Program-made: the position numbers and the translations under genes
Assembly: GCA_018816245.1 (NCBI GenBank)
Contig: JAHIVW010000003.1
Coordinates: 389,150 to 453,149 of the forward strand
Length of the DNA stretch: 64,000 nt
Direction of reading: 5' to 3'
Origin: Nanobdellota archaeon
Lineage (GTDB): Archaea; Aenigmatarchaeota; Aenigmatarchaeia; QMZP01
Shown: positions 63,290 to 64,000 of the stretch, one piece after another
How positions within the stretch are numbered: position 1 is the stretch's first letter
How the letters are laid out: the number at the start of each line of letters is the position of its first letter
Notes under the pieces: generated by a model
What the model was told of the DNA's origin: nothing
What the model saw: the letters and a program-made list of their open reading frames with translations, nothing else
Databases searched by the model: none

Positions 63290-63985
63290 CTAGTCAAAGG
63301 TTACTTCCTGGAACTTCCGGGTGTCCGCGAACTCCCGGACATCAGCGATGTGCAGAGTGATCTGGTTCCCGGTCTCGTACACGAGCTCTGCGGCAACCTG
63401 CAACAGAACGTGCCGGATCCGCTCGGAGGTATAGAGGACGTATGACGTCTCCTGCAGGATCTTCCTGAGCTCAGCCCGATCCAGGTTGTGCGCGATCTTG
63501 ATCGTAAGCTTCTTGTCCCCGTCGTCAAAGTCAAAGGAGTTCGTTTCCGCGACATAGGACCAGCCAGCACCCGCCATCATATGCTTGATCGAGGAGACGT
63601 TGATCTCCTTGGTCCCTGTCGGGAGAGGCGCAACAGTTTCCTCATACACCGTGATCCCGGTCGCAGTCGGGAAGTGAATATGCAGGCGATTCTTGCCGAT
63701 CTTCGCTTTCCGGAAGGCGACCAGCCCGATGTCCATGAGCTTTTTCACCTTGTCGTCGAACGTGGAACCAGACAACTTGAGCTGCTTGTAGATCTGGGAT
63801 GAGAAGATCCCTTTCCCGGTGGTAATGACCTGAAAAATATCCTGCTGCACGTCATCGAGGCCGGCCACACCGGTTTGCGGCGCGGGTGCTTCGTCTTGCT
63901 GTTCTTCAATGCGCTGCAAAATGCCTTTCTCTTTCATCAGGTTCCTTATTTCAGCATCAGTTACTGATCCTTTTGGCACTTTCAC
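63290..63985 (-). CDS. Winged-helix domain protein with an uncharacterised C-terminal domain (231 aa; the N-terminus may extend past the window edge)
   Basis: QQDIFQVITTGKGIFSSQIYKQLKLSGSTFDDKVKKLMDIGLVAFRK looks MarR/wHTH-like. The C-terminal roughly 110 aa (SIKHMMAGAGWSYVAE...DDGDKKLTIKIAH) are unassigned. Confidence 0.55.
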   Translation of the reverse strand: MKVPKGSVTDAEIRNLMKEKGILQRIEEQQDEAPAPQTGVAGLDDVQQDIFQVITTGKGIFSSQIYKQLKLSGSTFDDKVKKLMDIGLVAFRKAKIGKNRLHIHFPTATGITVYEETVAPLPTGTKEINVSSIKHMMAGAGWSYVAETNSFDFDDGDKKLTIKIAHNLDRAELRKILQETSYVLYTSERIRHVLLQVAAELVYETGNQITLHIADVREFADTRKFQEVTFD

Positions 63986-64000
63986 GTGCGGGAACCGTGC

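Noticed and set aside
1-64000. CRISPR arrays, rRNA genes, transposases or integrases, and prophage hallmarks. I also considered tRNA-Gly or tRNA-Met as integration sites.
   Set aside because: I saw no regularly spaced direct repeats, no rRNA-like sequence and no recombinase or transposase motifs in any ORF. By eye I found no duplicated copy of either tRNA 3' end that would mark an att site.

Overview
This window reads as a chromosomal segment of an uncultivated archaeon. Archaeal markers are aEF-2, ribosomal proteins S3Ae and L35Ae, RNase P subunit Rpp30, Kae1, RtcB plus archease, RNase HII, an archaeal-type initiator tRNA and an intron-containing tRNA-Gly. GC looks like roughly 50-55% by eye, and coding density is very high on both strands. 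Many adjacent genes overlap by 1-4 nt at their start and stop codons. Four themes stand out. (1) Housekeeping genes: cysS, hisS, ileS, gatC, pgk, class I aldolase, pcm, dinB, nfo, pepA and a CDP-alcohol phosphatidyltransferase. (2) A complete group 3b (sulfhydrogenase-type) NiFe hydrogenase operon in the order hydB-G-D-A, next to hypA, a maturation protease and a DASS transporter. (3) An unusually large set of secreted or surface proteins. These include a roughly 1700-aa protein saturated with N-glycosylation sequons, a PGF-pre-PGF protein, a 1060-aa protein, an S8 protease, a metzincin, MopE-type and Myxococcus-type Cys-rich repeat proteins and a GLUG-repeat protein. A small archaeosortase-like gene with an apparent Cys-to-Ser change lies in the same window. 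(4) Two orphan gene clusters with no recognisable function. One is wedged between archease and rtcB (43.6-45.5 kb). The other lies at 60.8-64.0 kb. They share a conserved ~50-nt leader element at the same distance from the first ATG, and possibly a weakly similar ~150-aa protein. These two clusters are my best candidates for an undescribed system. I also see a tRNA-Gly(UCC) with a 46-nt intron at the non-canonical 29/30 position. A palindromic TATA-containing motif paired with a hairpin recurs at four sites. Two apparent frameshifts sit at homopolymer runs, and there are two AT-rich islands. I found no CRISPR array, rRNA, transposase or integrase. All calls rest on motif recognition by eye in the supplied ORF translations and DNA; no searches were run.
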